From contig JAQGDQ010000009.1 in assembly GCA_030141605.1 (NCBI GenBank), positions 930,001 through 994,000 of the forward strand: a stretch of 64,000 nucleotides of DNA, read 5' to 3'. The stretch is from Tubiluchus corallicola. Lineage: Eukaryota > Animalia > Priapulida. Under the pieces are notes generated by a model, which was not told the DNA's origin, searched no databases, and worked only from the letters and a program-made list of their open reading frames with translations. Shown piece after piece: positions 1-31,605 of this stretch (the first letter of the stretch is position 1; the number at the start of each line of letters is the position of its first letter). The position numbers were made by a program, and so were the translations under genes.

Positions 1-117
1 GGATGGATGGATGGATGGATGGATGGATGGATGGATGGATGGATGGATGGATGGATGGATGGATGGATGGATGGATGGATGGATGGATGGATGGATGGAT
101 GGATGGATGGATAGATG

Positions 118-163
<46 letters not shown>

Positions 164-212
164 CCGACCGACCGACCGACAGACAGACAGACTGACAGCA
201 GACAGACAGACA
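1..212. repeat. Compound tetranucleotide microsatellite (GGAT)n-(AGAT)n-(GACC)n-(GACA)n, truncated by the window start
   Basis: Directly visible tandem tetramers changing unit stepwise. Confidence 0.98.
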
Positions 213-1718
213 GCCAAAGACATGATAGAGTCACAGAACCTCCCACAGTAAAATCCTAGGTTTTCAGTCTCCATCTTAGTTAATTAGTCAAAAGTTCATT
301 AAGAGTTAGTTCATCTTTAAAACCTAAAACTCTCCAAAGAACGTAATACCTGCCAGTGGCTTAAACTGGTAGTCTTTTAAACTAGAAGTAGTAGATGTGA
401 ACCAATATTTAACCATCTGCACCGTACGAAAAAAATCTGCTGTTGTTTAGTAGACCAAAATGACTTTGCTGGCGAGTAAACTCAAAATTATTAGTGCACA
501 GTGCTTTGATTCTAAAGGTATTTACTTCTAAAGTTATTTCATGCAAATTCTAATGTAAATTTTATGGCTTTTAACAGTGCCAGTCATTTCATAATTTTCG
601 AGAAGGGTTGGAATATTGATATTTTTGAATTCTGCGAGGATTTTTTTAATAACAAAGTTATTTTTATTTTAAAATTATTTATTTCCATTTTTAATCAGAA
701 ATAGCCCAAGCAACTAGCAAATTTTGAAAGTGATACTTGAAGTTATAAATTTGGTTTTACATCTTGTTAGCTAGTCATTTAGTAGGGACAGCTTCTTACT
801 AGATTGTTTAGTTTCTTCCATTTGAATTTCACAACCATAGTGAATGATATCTAACTGAGACTTCACTTGTGCTCATATGCGAATAAGTGATTTTTTGGCA
901 ACTCAGTAATTCATTGCAGTTAATTGTTTTTTCTAGTAGAGTTTTTACTTCAGTTAAAATGACAAAATTATAAATTCCATATGTAGTAATTCAAGTTAGC
1001 TGTTCTAACTTTTGTTAACTGCAGGGCAAGTCTTATGCTCATCATTATCTCTCTGGATACAACGCGTTTTGCAGAAATTCCTTTGAGAAGTTGCTCTGTC
1101 ATTGCTAATTCTTGTGTCAATGCAAATTTTTGGAGAATGATACATTGTGTAGACCTGTAAATAATCATCATGCAAACATTATGACAACTGGAATATTTGA
1201 TGGCACAACTCTTTAGAAGCTGATACTCTAGCTCTTTACCTACCCATACAGCAAAAATTTAGAATGTGTACATTTATTTATATATAACTATCCACAGTTA
1301 AGCTCAATATAGAACAAGGTGTGTCAACTGTTCAGCTTATGTAGTGCGATCATTACGTCTTATATTTTATATCTTAAAAATAATGTAGTTGTAATTTTTT
1401 GGAGTCTTTCGTTCCCTGGTGTCTTTATCATCAAGATTCTGAACAGTGAAAGTTAGCTTAGTGGCAACTAATAATAATTTATAAGAAACATATTTTTAAT
1501 TTTTTAATTAGATAATCAAATCTGCTCTTGAGACACTGTTTAGCAGTGCACTTTTAAAGACTTATTTCTTCATTCATTAGTTTGTAGCTGTTTGTTTAAT
1601 AGTTCTCAATGAACTGCACACATGTTATTCTTATTATCCACTACTTTTATTGCTAAGAAACAATAGCGACGAAAGTTGTTTGTGGTGTTGGATAATAGTT
1701 ATTTTGCATTTCTTTCAG

Positions 1719-1920
1719 TGCCCAGACAAAACCCAGTCATTGCCACACACGCCTGGTCATCCCATACTGACCGTCACTTCAGTCCATTCTTTACAAGATC
1801 TAAAGCCATTCTTCAGTACCATCTGTAACATCAGCCAATCTGGGCAGGTATTCCAGGCAACTGGTCAATCAAAAGAGTTGTGTCATCGGAGAGAACTTGA
1901 TACTAGAGCTTCCATAAAAG
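1719..1920 (+). CDS. Probable internal coding exon of an unidentified + strand gene that begins upstream of the window (CPDKTQSLPH...DTRASIK)
   Basis: Acceptor ttctttcag| at 1718 and donor aag|gtataa at 1921; only the phase-0 frame is open; 202 nt, ends in phase 1, compatible with exon 5750-5907 and with the acceptor at 2342. Confidence 0.6.
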
Positions 1921-2342
1921 GTATAAAATTTTGTCATACCGAAACTGTGGATTGTTTGCCTTATTGCTGTCTATTTTTTGAATAATATACTTTTTTTAAA
2001 TTGTTTATTCTTTGCAGTGCTAAGATATATAAATTTCATTATATCCTCATGCAAACATTTAAATTACTAAGAATTTTCTTTTCTAGTTACATAAAGGCTT
2101 TCAGACATGTAAGCATAATGCAAAGTAATATAACTTTATAACTTTATAAGAAAAGTTTTTTGGGACACACTTTAAAATACCACTTTCTTCCCCTTTAAAT
2201 AATAACAACTGAAGAATAGTGTAAACACAGCATTCTGAATATATGTCCTTAAGTTTTGTGATGCTAAGTTAATATAAACGTCAATGTCGAACGTCTAAAA
2301 GTCAATGTAGTGTAAACAAATGGGGAATACTATGTTGTACAG

Positions 2343-3904
2343 TGCACACAGTCAGTGAGGTGTGGTGGATATCTATCATCACACTGTTGACATGTATCAT
2401 ACATGCGACTGCAGCTGTAAAAATGCTGCACACTTGCCACCTTACTTCTAAGTGTTTTCTGCTTTTAGTAACATTGTTTGTGATTCAAACTTTTGGTGCA
2501 GTTTCCTTATTGATGTACATTTACGGTAAACCATTTATTACGCACTTATATCACAGACCTAGACTATTGTTCGTGACCAAGCTTCCATCTCCATTGATTA
2601 ATCAAGTGCCTGTAATAGTACGTGGCAAGTTACGAGATGCTCAGTGGTTAGTGATAAGTGGCACAGATGCAGCAACGTACTCAGCATTTTACGATGATCG
2701 CTTTTCTCTGCCGATAATTCGTGTTTTGGGTGTAACATCGTTGAAGAGAAAAGAATCTCCATTGTTTTGTCACTTGTTGTACAATGAAACTTCTCTTACA
2801 GTTGGTGAAGCTTTTGTGGAAACCCTACCTGAACATCATGATACAGAGTATGCTGCAACGTATATTATTTGTAGTTTGCATGACAAAACTGTACCATTAG
2901 CAGCAAGCCTAAGTGTTTCAAAAACTGATTCACCCCTGGAACATGAGCAGTGGTTAAGAATTATTACCGGTAGAAGAGATAACGAAAGCAGGGAAACTTT
3001 TGGAATTTGTTTACCTATCCTCTTTCTAGGCGACACACCACCTAGTCCCTTGCAACTAATAGAATTTTTTGAGATGAGTAAAATATTGGGAGTTAATCGC
3101 ATCATTGTTTATGTAGGAACTATAAGTGATAACATAAAGAAGATTATTGGAATGTACAGAAAAAGTGGTTTTCTTACTATTCTTCATTTTAATTTGCATG
3201 CTGATTTAGTTCGCGGTGATTTCAACACTTCTGTTAGAAATTTATGGAATGTGTGGTATGGTGGACAACTAGTCTGTATTAATGACTGTTTATATAGATA
3301 CATGTATAAATTCAAATACATAGCTTTTCAAGATTTAGACGAATTCATCCTTCCAAAACTGCATGAGAAATGGGGAGGAATGATACAACATCTTGAATCT
3401 CTGAATACAAATTGGTGGAAATTTTCGAACAAAAATGCAGCAGGATTTCTATTCAGAAATAATTTTGCTTTTTACAATGACAAACAATCGACAAACACAA
3501 GTAAAAACATGCTTGATATGCAGTGTCAGGGAGTATATAAAGATCTTCGGCTACTTAAAACAGATTTCAACGTTTCTGGTCATTATTGGAAAAAGCACTG
3601 GCGGTCTAAAATGATTGTGCTACCAGATCGAATTGTGATTATGGGAATTCATCAGACACACAAATTATTAAATTGGCAACATACTGAATATGATGTGCCA
3701 GTCGATATTGGGATACTGCATCATTTGAGAAGAAATACTGTGACAAATGTAGCTTTAAGTCACAGCAGCAAATTATGGCCATTATGGGAACCCATTGAAA
3801 CCCCTGTTCTTGTGCCATCTCAGCCGATGCATGCCTTCACTTGGAAATCAAAACTGAAATTTGCATCACACTATTCTTTCAGAAAAATTTTTTGCAACCT
3901 CTGA
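2343..3904 (+). CDS. Glycosyltransferase family 92 (DUF23)-like membrane-anchored protein, intronless ORF; first ATG at 2423
   Basis: 520-codon ORF; hydrophobic anchor CFLLLVTLFVIQTFGAVSLLMYIYG; family-typical motifs YSAFYDDR, FGICLP, LIEFFE..KILGV, GQLVCINDCLYR, DxD motif FQDLDEFI, RSKMIV.P..I..MGIH, LHHLR. Confidence 0.88.
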
Positions 3905-5749
3905 GTCTAGCCATTATAATAAGTTCCTGCTGCACGAAGAAATATTCTTGTACCAGGCTTCCTGTTTATTAAGTATGTCATGTGTCAGTCATGTTGGATT
4001 TTCATATACTGACTTTTCTGTTTGACAGAGAAGCCTTTGCTTCTTATAAGGTTGAGGATTGGCTTTAGTTTGATAGATGTGAAGAAAAGTTTCACAGGTG
4101 TATATACGGTTTTGCACACTTCATTCATTTCATTTCTTAGTCGATCTGTTCTGTTGATCAGTGAAAAGATATTCTAGACTAGCACACTTTCTAAAACTTC
4201 AGTAGGCTTTTTTTTACCACAGCCATCTGCTTTTCCAGATGCCCTAGGCCCAGGCAGTAGATGCACCATGTTGTCAGTCTTTACAAATGGCTTAGTTTTG
4301 TAACCAAGTCACAACATTTTGTGGCTTGCAAAAATTTCTTAATTTACTTTGTGTTGAAATGCGTAATTGATGAACATTTATTGGTGTTAGTTTTTTTACT
4401 GAGTTTCAGTTCTCTTACAATACACAGTTATAGGAACCTAAAAAATATTAATTTTGTGTTTTCATAAGAGACAATAGGAACTTAGCCGTCAATCTTTTGC
4501 TAGTTAATGGCCGTATCAAAATAACTTATAAGATAAATTGAAGAGGCAACCGTGACACCCTAATTACACTCGACTTTATTGCTTAAGTAAAGAGTCATTG
4601 GTTTTTTCTTTTCCGATGCTTTCAATTTCTATATGAAAAAAACGTCACACATTTTTTCTACCTGCTAGCTTACCTCTACTGCTACTAAGTAATGCTTTGT
4701 CTTTCACCTGTTGTTATTTCACTTCAGTAAACTGAGTCATCTGTGGCTCAGAAAATGTACTCTAATACTCAGTTAAATTTTTTTCTCTCAGTTATTGAAT
4801 AACGATATACTGATTTGTACTTTGAATGCTGTTACTTATAACTCTACAAATTAATTAATCCACAGGCCATTACAGATATTATCCTAAATATCAGGAAATA
4901 CTCTGTCTTTCGTCTCTTCTTTACAGCAGAGTAATTATTAAAGTCATACTGCAGTACTGTTTTATGAGTAAAGATTTAGGTGTTGTTCACAGATTGCACA
5001 AGTCTTACCTCTCCTTTATAAAATTACTAAAAAACCTTTATAGCTAAATGTTTGTCTTATCAGTATATTGAGAATTATATTAGTTAGTATTATTGTCCAA
5101 GTCAGTAGATTTGTTCTTAAGCCTAGAAATAATGAAGTTGAACTCAAATCAAAATATATTTAACTCCTGTTGTTAATTAATAGCATTATTAACCCAAAGT
5201 GTTTTTATCATTTCATAACAATTTTGACCTGTATTTCACATAAAATCTAAATGCAATTTTTAGTTTAATCAAGATTGACCTTATTTTGTTGCCCGCTAAT
5301 TAAACTATATGTATATTCTTTTCTCTGGATTATATAGAGAACGTCATAATTTTAAAAATTACTAATGTTTTCTAAATTAAACTGATAACAATAATGTCCA
5401 CCAGTGTCTAAAAAATCTTTTTATCTATATTCGGTAAAGGATAGCAGACTAGGTGACTTTATAGTCTTTTCGCTATCCTTTCTCTAGTTCTAGATCTATC
5501 TATACGTTTTAACCATTCTTCAAAACTTATTAGAGATTCTTTTATTAATCATGTTTTATTGTAACACTATAAAAAGATAAATAAATTGAAATTGAATTGA
5601 AAAGGTATTGTGGCTGGCTGGTTGTTTCTACTATAGTAAGAAAAACTTTGCAGAAAATCTTCAAGCAAATTTTCCCTTCTGTTTAACGTTTTCTTGATCA
5701 AGATGTGGTTTAGAGTATTATGTCTGTAGATTATTACTATGTTCTTCAG

Positions 5750-5907
5750 GTACATCCATGGCCAGGTCGAAATCTTTACCTAATATCACGGGAAACACTA
5801 GCAGTGGTGATGTGAACATGGAACTTTCTGGAGAACAGCAAACACCGGTCCAGTTTATAGAGAAACTGATTGAGTTAGATTTCTTGGAACCGTTACCGTT
5901 GCAGTAG
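5750..5907 (+). CDS. Probable terminal coding exon of the unidentified + strand gene ([G]TSMARSKSLPNITG...IEKLIELDFLEPLPLQ*)
   Basis: Acceptor gttcttcag| at 5749; open in the frame that follows a phase-1 intron (matches exon 1719-1920) to TAG 5905-5907; followed by T-rich UTR-like sequence ending at AATAAA 8068. Confidence 0.58.
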
Positions 5908-6795
5908 ATAAACACGGTAGATAGATACATTCTGCTGTTACTATAGGATCATATATAATTTTTAATGCAGTACTCTTATAAGTAACAATAACATTTATAT
6001 TTCTGTGGTGAGAGAACATTTTTTTGAAGCCTTTGTTTATCGTAAAGTTAAAATTTTAACATTAATTTCTTTAAATATACCATGTAGATGTGTTACGAAA
6101 TTCATTACTGAATACACTAGTGAAAACTTCTATGAGTTCTCAGTTGAAATAATAGCTGAATGACTACTATATGTCATAGGCTAGCACATTATGTTTTGAG
6201 GATAGTACAACCCTATTTAAATGTCGATTATTAGTTGTTATGAAGTAATGTACATTGTTCAATTTTTTATTTATTTATTTTTTGTTTGGTGTTGATCCAA
6301 AATAGGTATTCCCGCCGGTTTAGTTTGTACATTAAAGCATATTATGTGGTTTACCGTTTTTGTGGAATTAAAATTTCATTTTCCACATACTAGAGATGGC
6401 ACCATCCAGCACACGTACAATCTCTCAGTTAGACTGTATTATACGAGGGAACCTGCTCTGACGAATAAAACTATGTGAACTTCTCTTGATTACCAGTTTA
6501 TTCTGTTATGCAGAAATGGGCCTTGGGCTTATTTAACTTACTTTTATAGCACCATGTACAACGTCAAATAATATGTTAGTTTTGCGGCCTGATTACCAAC
6601 GGAAAGTCCTTGATGTGTCAATGTTGTTGCTGGAACTAGAACTGTTAACCTGCAGTTAAACTTAAACTTACAACATGTGATATATAACACTACGAGTTGC
6701 AGTTCTTACAGTACTAGATCTCCATGATCATATAACTACCCAAATGTGTGTAGTTGAGATGCCCTGATTGATTTTGTCTCAGTACGGGACACAAA

Positions 6796-7156
6796 CACGG
6801 CCAAATTATAATTTTTTGGGGCCTCTAGGCTAATGAAATAAAAGAGCTCCTCAGACGGAGCCACCCTCTAACTCCCCCAGACCCATCTGGAATGTTTTTC
6901 CTCATGATATATTTTAACAACATTTACGTAGCCTCAAATAAAGTTCTTTATTTAAGCTACAATGCTATCATTTTATTAGTCAATAAAAATATACTTTACA
7001 AAATACATGTACCACGATTTTACTATTTATTGCAAACAAAGTTAGCACATATTTCAACACAGCTGTAGTGAAAAGTCATTTTTTTACAAAATGTTATAAA
7101 AGCTTGAGGTGCCCTTGGCTGCAGCCTATACTGGCCCATAGGATAATCCGGCCCTG
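6796..7156. mobile_element. Degenerate non-autonomous hAT-type MITE
   Basis: Imperfect TIRs cacggccaaattat / ataatccggccctg (11/14 complementary); flanked by a near-duplicated 8-mer gacacaaa / gatacaac. Confidence 0.55.
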
Positions 7157-8067
7157 GATACAACTAAACGCAGCCAGGCATTCATACAAAGCGTAAAACC
7201 TAGGACTAGTCACCAGTTAAATTAGGCGGCAAAAAAAGGCTGAAGCGTAACACTAATACTTTAAACAAAAAAAAAACAGGAACTATATTTGTGCTAATTG
7301 AACTACAAAACCTTGTTTGCAGAGCGATATTTTTTGAAATTCACCATTCCAAGGAAATTTTTCGTTTTGTTTAATGTAATTGATTATCAACAGGGGTATT
7401 AATGTATGTAATAAACGAAACTAATGAAGTACTGCCTTCAGCTCGAATGATGATAATTTGCTTTCAGCATTTGCATTTATAATTATCGAGTTTGATGTTT
7501 AATCACGTAATGCTCATTGACTGCTTGCTGAATACGAGGTGCTTATGCTAGGGCAGGTGACTAATTTATCCAGTGTTTTATGCTTTTATAAACTGAATAC
7601 CTTCAGTGCATCAATCAGCCATTAAGTGACTTTATTTCTACTTGAATATATGCTCCTAGAAATTATTGCATCACAGGCCTTAATAGCAAACATTTCCAGT
7701 GTGCATTAATTTTATGGTTTATGGTATTATTTATAATAAATCTTTAAATTTACATTGCAGAATGTGCAGTTGTGGAAGCTACAATTATTATTCTTTAAGC
7801 AACTTTCTATTTATTTTTAAAACATTTGGCTTATAATCTTACATGTTTACATGCTTATAGTTTACATGTTTTATACATACGTGCACTACACAAGGATATC
7901 TATAATTAATTATATTTATTATTGTTACACAAATATGTATAAATTGTCAATTAAATATATATTATATAATCTGGTGTAAGGTTTATTTACTTGTTTCATT
8001 TTTCAAATGTTTTTTCCATGTTTGTTGATTGATAATTTAAATGTTGTATATCGTTTACTAAAAATAC

Positions 8068-8114
8068 AATAAACTCAGAAACATTACATTACAAGAATTT
8101 ATTACATTTTTATT
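8068..8114. terminator. Convergent polyadenylation signals: + strand AATAAA 8068-8073; - strand AATAAA (TTTATT) 8098-8103 and 8109-8114
   Basis: Hexamers visible; + strand composition switches from T-rich to A-rich at this point, as expected for two tail-to-tail 3' UTRs. Confidence 0.6.
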
Positions 8115-10427
8115 ATCTGTTTCTCATAACAGTATATGTACAATAACAGTAATGTAGCACTTAATCTAGCATTTCATTATTTAGCACTATAACGAAAGAG
8201 ACTTTAATCCAGAAACTAGAAAAAATTTTGTCACTGTCTAAAATACATCTGTCTGTTGTGTGATACAGCTCACTGAACAAAAAACAAAAGGAAAATAGAA
8301 AATCAATACTAACAGTTTAAAAGCAACTAAATTAAATCCAGTCGCTTCAGTGTAACACGTATAGAAGCATTAGGTTCATGTCAGTTTTCTAGACGAAAGT
8401 AATTACGAGATTGGAAATTATAGGTACAGACAAACAGCGGATACAACACAGCAGTAAGATATTACTTAAATGCAATAATCTCAATGAACAGAGAGTAAGG
8501 GTGGTTGAATTAGCCCTACGTTGGCAGTACAATCATTCTACACACGACTTACTAACTAATGAACAGCATTGCTAAAATACCTGTACATTCAATCACAAAT
8601 ATGTTAATTTCATCCATAACACTGAAATTATTTCAGATAAATTCACAACAATATAGGAAACTTACTGTCAGTCTAATAAATACGCAATTAAAAATATCTT
8701 TAAATACTTGCAGATTTACCCAAACTTCTGGTGCCTCTTTTTACAGAATCTACTAATAATATACATATAGAAACACCGAAAAGAACTACACATAAACAAT
8801 TTCATAATTGTAGTGAGGGTGAAAGATTTGTTATGGTTAAATGAGTGCAATGTCTTGTTTGTGCTAAACAACAGTAAAGCAAATTATTAAAATTACATAG
8901 AAACACATACATACATTTAGCTTAACAAAACATTGTTAATTTTAGGCATTTTTGATTGATCCTGTCTAATGGGTGCAGTTTCTTCACCAAAAAATACAGT
9001 TTCACAAGCAACCACCATGTAAATATTTAATTAAACTATAAAACCATATAGGCGGGTCAACAATGAACTTGTTGATCACAGGTGCAAAATAGTTGTTTTT
9101 TTACCATCAGTTTTAAGAATTGGTTTTTATCTCGGGTTCTTACATGCCCGTACACAACAATTCAATACACAGTATTGGTTGATAGAATAGAATTCTAATC
9201 TTGTCAATTACTTTCGACATTGATTAAAATGATCCCCAAAAAGGGACGTAATTATGTTAATTATCTGGATGCAAACTACAATAAAATTTCTCCTTAATAA
9301 ATTTATCATACAGTGGCAACAAGTTTACGAACTACTACATCTGTACATTTTAACAATGCCTTTTACTTTAACAACAAATTATATTTGTGCATCTAAAATA
9401 ATGATAACAGATGTGCTTAAGCAATGCATAAATGTGTGAAACAGAGACATAACTGACATAATATAATTTAATTTGCTGAAATAAATTCCTAACTTCATTA
9501 CCTAATTGGTCAAAATGCATGAAGTCCAAAATGTACTCACAATAACATACACTCCATCATTTTTTTATTTATTCAAGAAACTAGTGATCTGAAAAAATCA
9601 GCACTATTTGTTTACTCGTAATATACTTATCAACTCCCCATTTTACAGCAAAGATAAGCACTAATGAAGTACTGGCTAATATCAACTCTTCACAAAATTA
9701 TATTTATAAATGGTATAACATCTTGAACAAGGCAAACAATGTCATACGACATACAAAAGCTCGCGCTGGAGCACAATTACTATTATAATCACGTACTACT
9801 TATATATAATTTATAGATACAATTATAAGTGCACAGACATGTACAAAAAGCCATAGACAAATGTTGTCAGGTACAAATAATTATATGTTACAAAGTCTGC
9901 CAGACTTTTGCTCACTATTCTGCAAAAGAATAATGTAGTGTCATTTACCACGAGCACCAGGCATAATACTCTAAAAGCGAAAACAAAAATTGATGAAAAT
10001 TTCTTTACAGGATTGAATAACATACACAGCTATGTGCACAAAACTGTACACATATATCAAAAATAAACTAAATCTTACGGAACTTAATTTGTGTTCATCG
10101 TTTCTTTAAAATGGCTGCCCGCCATCCTTATAAAAACTACGAAATTCTTAGCAAATCAAAACAACATCGTTATCATATTCAAAAAATGCACTATGTCACA
10201 AAAACATAAATTACAAGCTACAACAGTCACAACCAAAGGTTACACAACTATAAACTAGGCCGTAGTGTATACTTGATGAATTAGTTAATCAATTTTAACA
10301 TAAGATGAATAAGATATGTTAGCACTAGAGCCACACACAACACTTTGCCGAACAGTGAATAATGTTGTTAATCTATCAGAAACCGATAACTGCATAAAGC
10401 AATAATGTCCAACAAGGTTCTCACAGG

Positions 10428-30032
<19,605 letters not shown>

Positions 30033-30202
30033 TTTCTAAACTAAGCTACGCGGCAATAAAACTTAATGATCATTTACAATCTTATCACGTAGTCGCATGT
30101 TTAAATGACCAAAAAACCACCACAACTCTACAAAAGCACGCAGCATCCTCTTAAAATTTTACGGAATACACGTACAAAATCTAATGAACAAGATTGTTGT
30201 GT

Positions 30203-30250
30203 CCGCCATCTTATGACGTCACTGCGCATTTGCCAATTTTGCGCAACGCG
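30203..30250 (-). promoter_or_regulatory. Proximal promoter of the ZC3H12-like gene: YY1 (ccgccatctt 30203-30212), CRE (tgacgtca 30214-30221), NRF1-like tgcgca
   Basis: Tightly clustered consensus motifs about 170-220 nt upstream of ATG 30032. Confidence 0.6.
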
Positions 30251-30527
30251 CAATTTGTAAATTTAGCAACAGTCTGCATTCAAAACCAAAACCCCGTTGC
30301 AATGACCCCGAAGTCGGTATTCTTAACCTTGCATAAATCATTAAAGTGAATTGCTCGTTTCATTGGTAAATGGTCATTACCATTCAGCATTAATTACAAA
30401 AATAACCGATTCAACGTCATGGGCCAGTACTTTGGTATTTCGTTGAGGATTCGGTGTCGGTAGACGGTTTTTTCTCTAATGTCGACTCGATTGTTGAGTA
30501 GCGTTTTCCTTTTTTGTCTCTATATAA

Positions 30528-31605
30528 TATGCATTGCGATTAAGCGTTATTATTATTCTTATTAGTGTGTTCGGTTTGATCACAGATAGGGTTACGGCAT
30601 TAACTGCAATCTAATGATCATTGACACCACCTACTGGGAAAAATGTGAAATCATAAAATCTGTTAAAGTGTGTATGTACGTGTTTGGTCTATCTGTTTTT
30701 CAGGTAGCCAGATATTTGTCAAATGTTTTTCTTCAAGCAACTATTTTCTTTTAGGTATTTTCATCATTTTTAATTTTTGTCTGGCATAAGCATCTATGAT
30801 TTAAATTTTTCACTCCAACTGTTTGTGATTTTACCTTATTTGGACTGTGTTTGGAAATATATAAATTTCCAAAACATCCACATGGCACATCTTATTTTCT
30901 ACATAAAGTCAATCGATTCAGATGCCCATGTACTTTGAACATGCCACTCAATGTGCCATGGTCTTACATATCTTATGAATTAAATTTTTAGTAATTTTGA
31001 TGATCTTTTATTTGTAAGATGCATTTGATCATCGCGTAAAATGCATTAAAAAGTTTCAATAAATTATTAATTATTGTTATATGCATTGCGATTAAGCATT
31101 AATTATTCTTGTTAATGTTAGGTTTGATCATAGATAGTCCTACTGCATTAACTATAATCTAATAATGACCTGATCATTGACACCACCTATTGGTAAAAAT
31201 GTAAAATCATGAAACGTATATACATACGTATACGTATTAGTTGTATGTGCTTTTCAGGTATTTGCCAAATAGTTTGCTTGATATTTGTTCAAGCAACTTT
31301 TTGTTTTAGAATTTTCATTATTCCAACTTATTTTTTATCTGCCATGAGCATCTATGACTTAAATATTTGACTCTGCGCAAAGTGGTTGTAATTTTACCTT
31401 ATTTGGTACAGCTGTCAGCTGTATTTCCACAGAGTGTATAATTTTTGAACCTGTTAAATTTTTTTAGACATTTCTGGTTCATCTGAAACCCAACAACCAG
31501 CTTAAATGCACATAAATGTATTTACAGTTCAAGTTGCCGAAACACTCACACAGCACAATTTATCTTTTACATAAAGTCAAACGAGATGCTCATGCACTTT
31601 GAACA
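30528..31605. repeat. Diverged local direct duplication: 30528-30941 and 31080-31605 (second copy has a ~130-bp insertion)
   Basis: Colinear blocks tatgcattgcgattaagc, tgatcattgacaccaccta, gcatctatga, ttttaccttatttgg, tacataaagtcaa and ctttgaaca occur in both copies. Confidence 0.88.

Noticed and set aside
1025-1160. Possible further + strand exon after ttaactgcag|
   Set aside because: All frames hit stops or give no phase-compatible donor to exon 1719.
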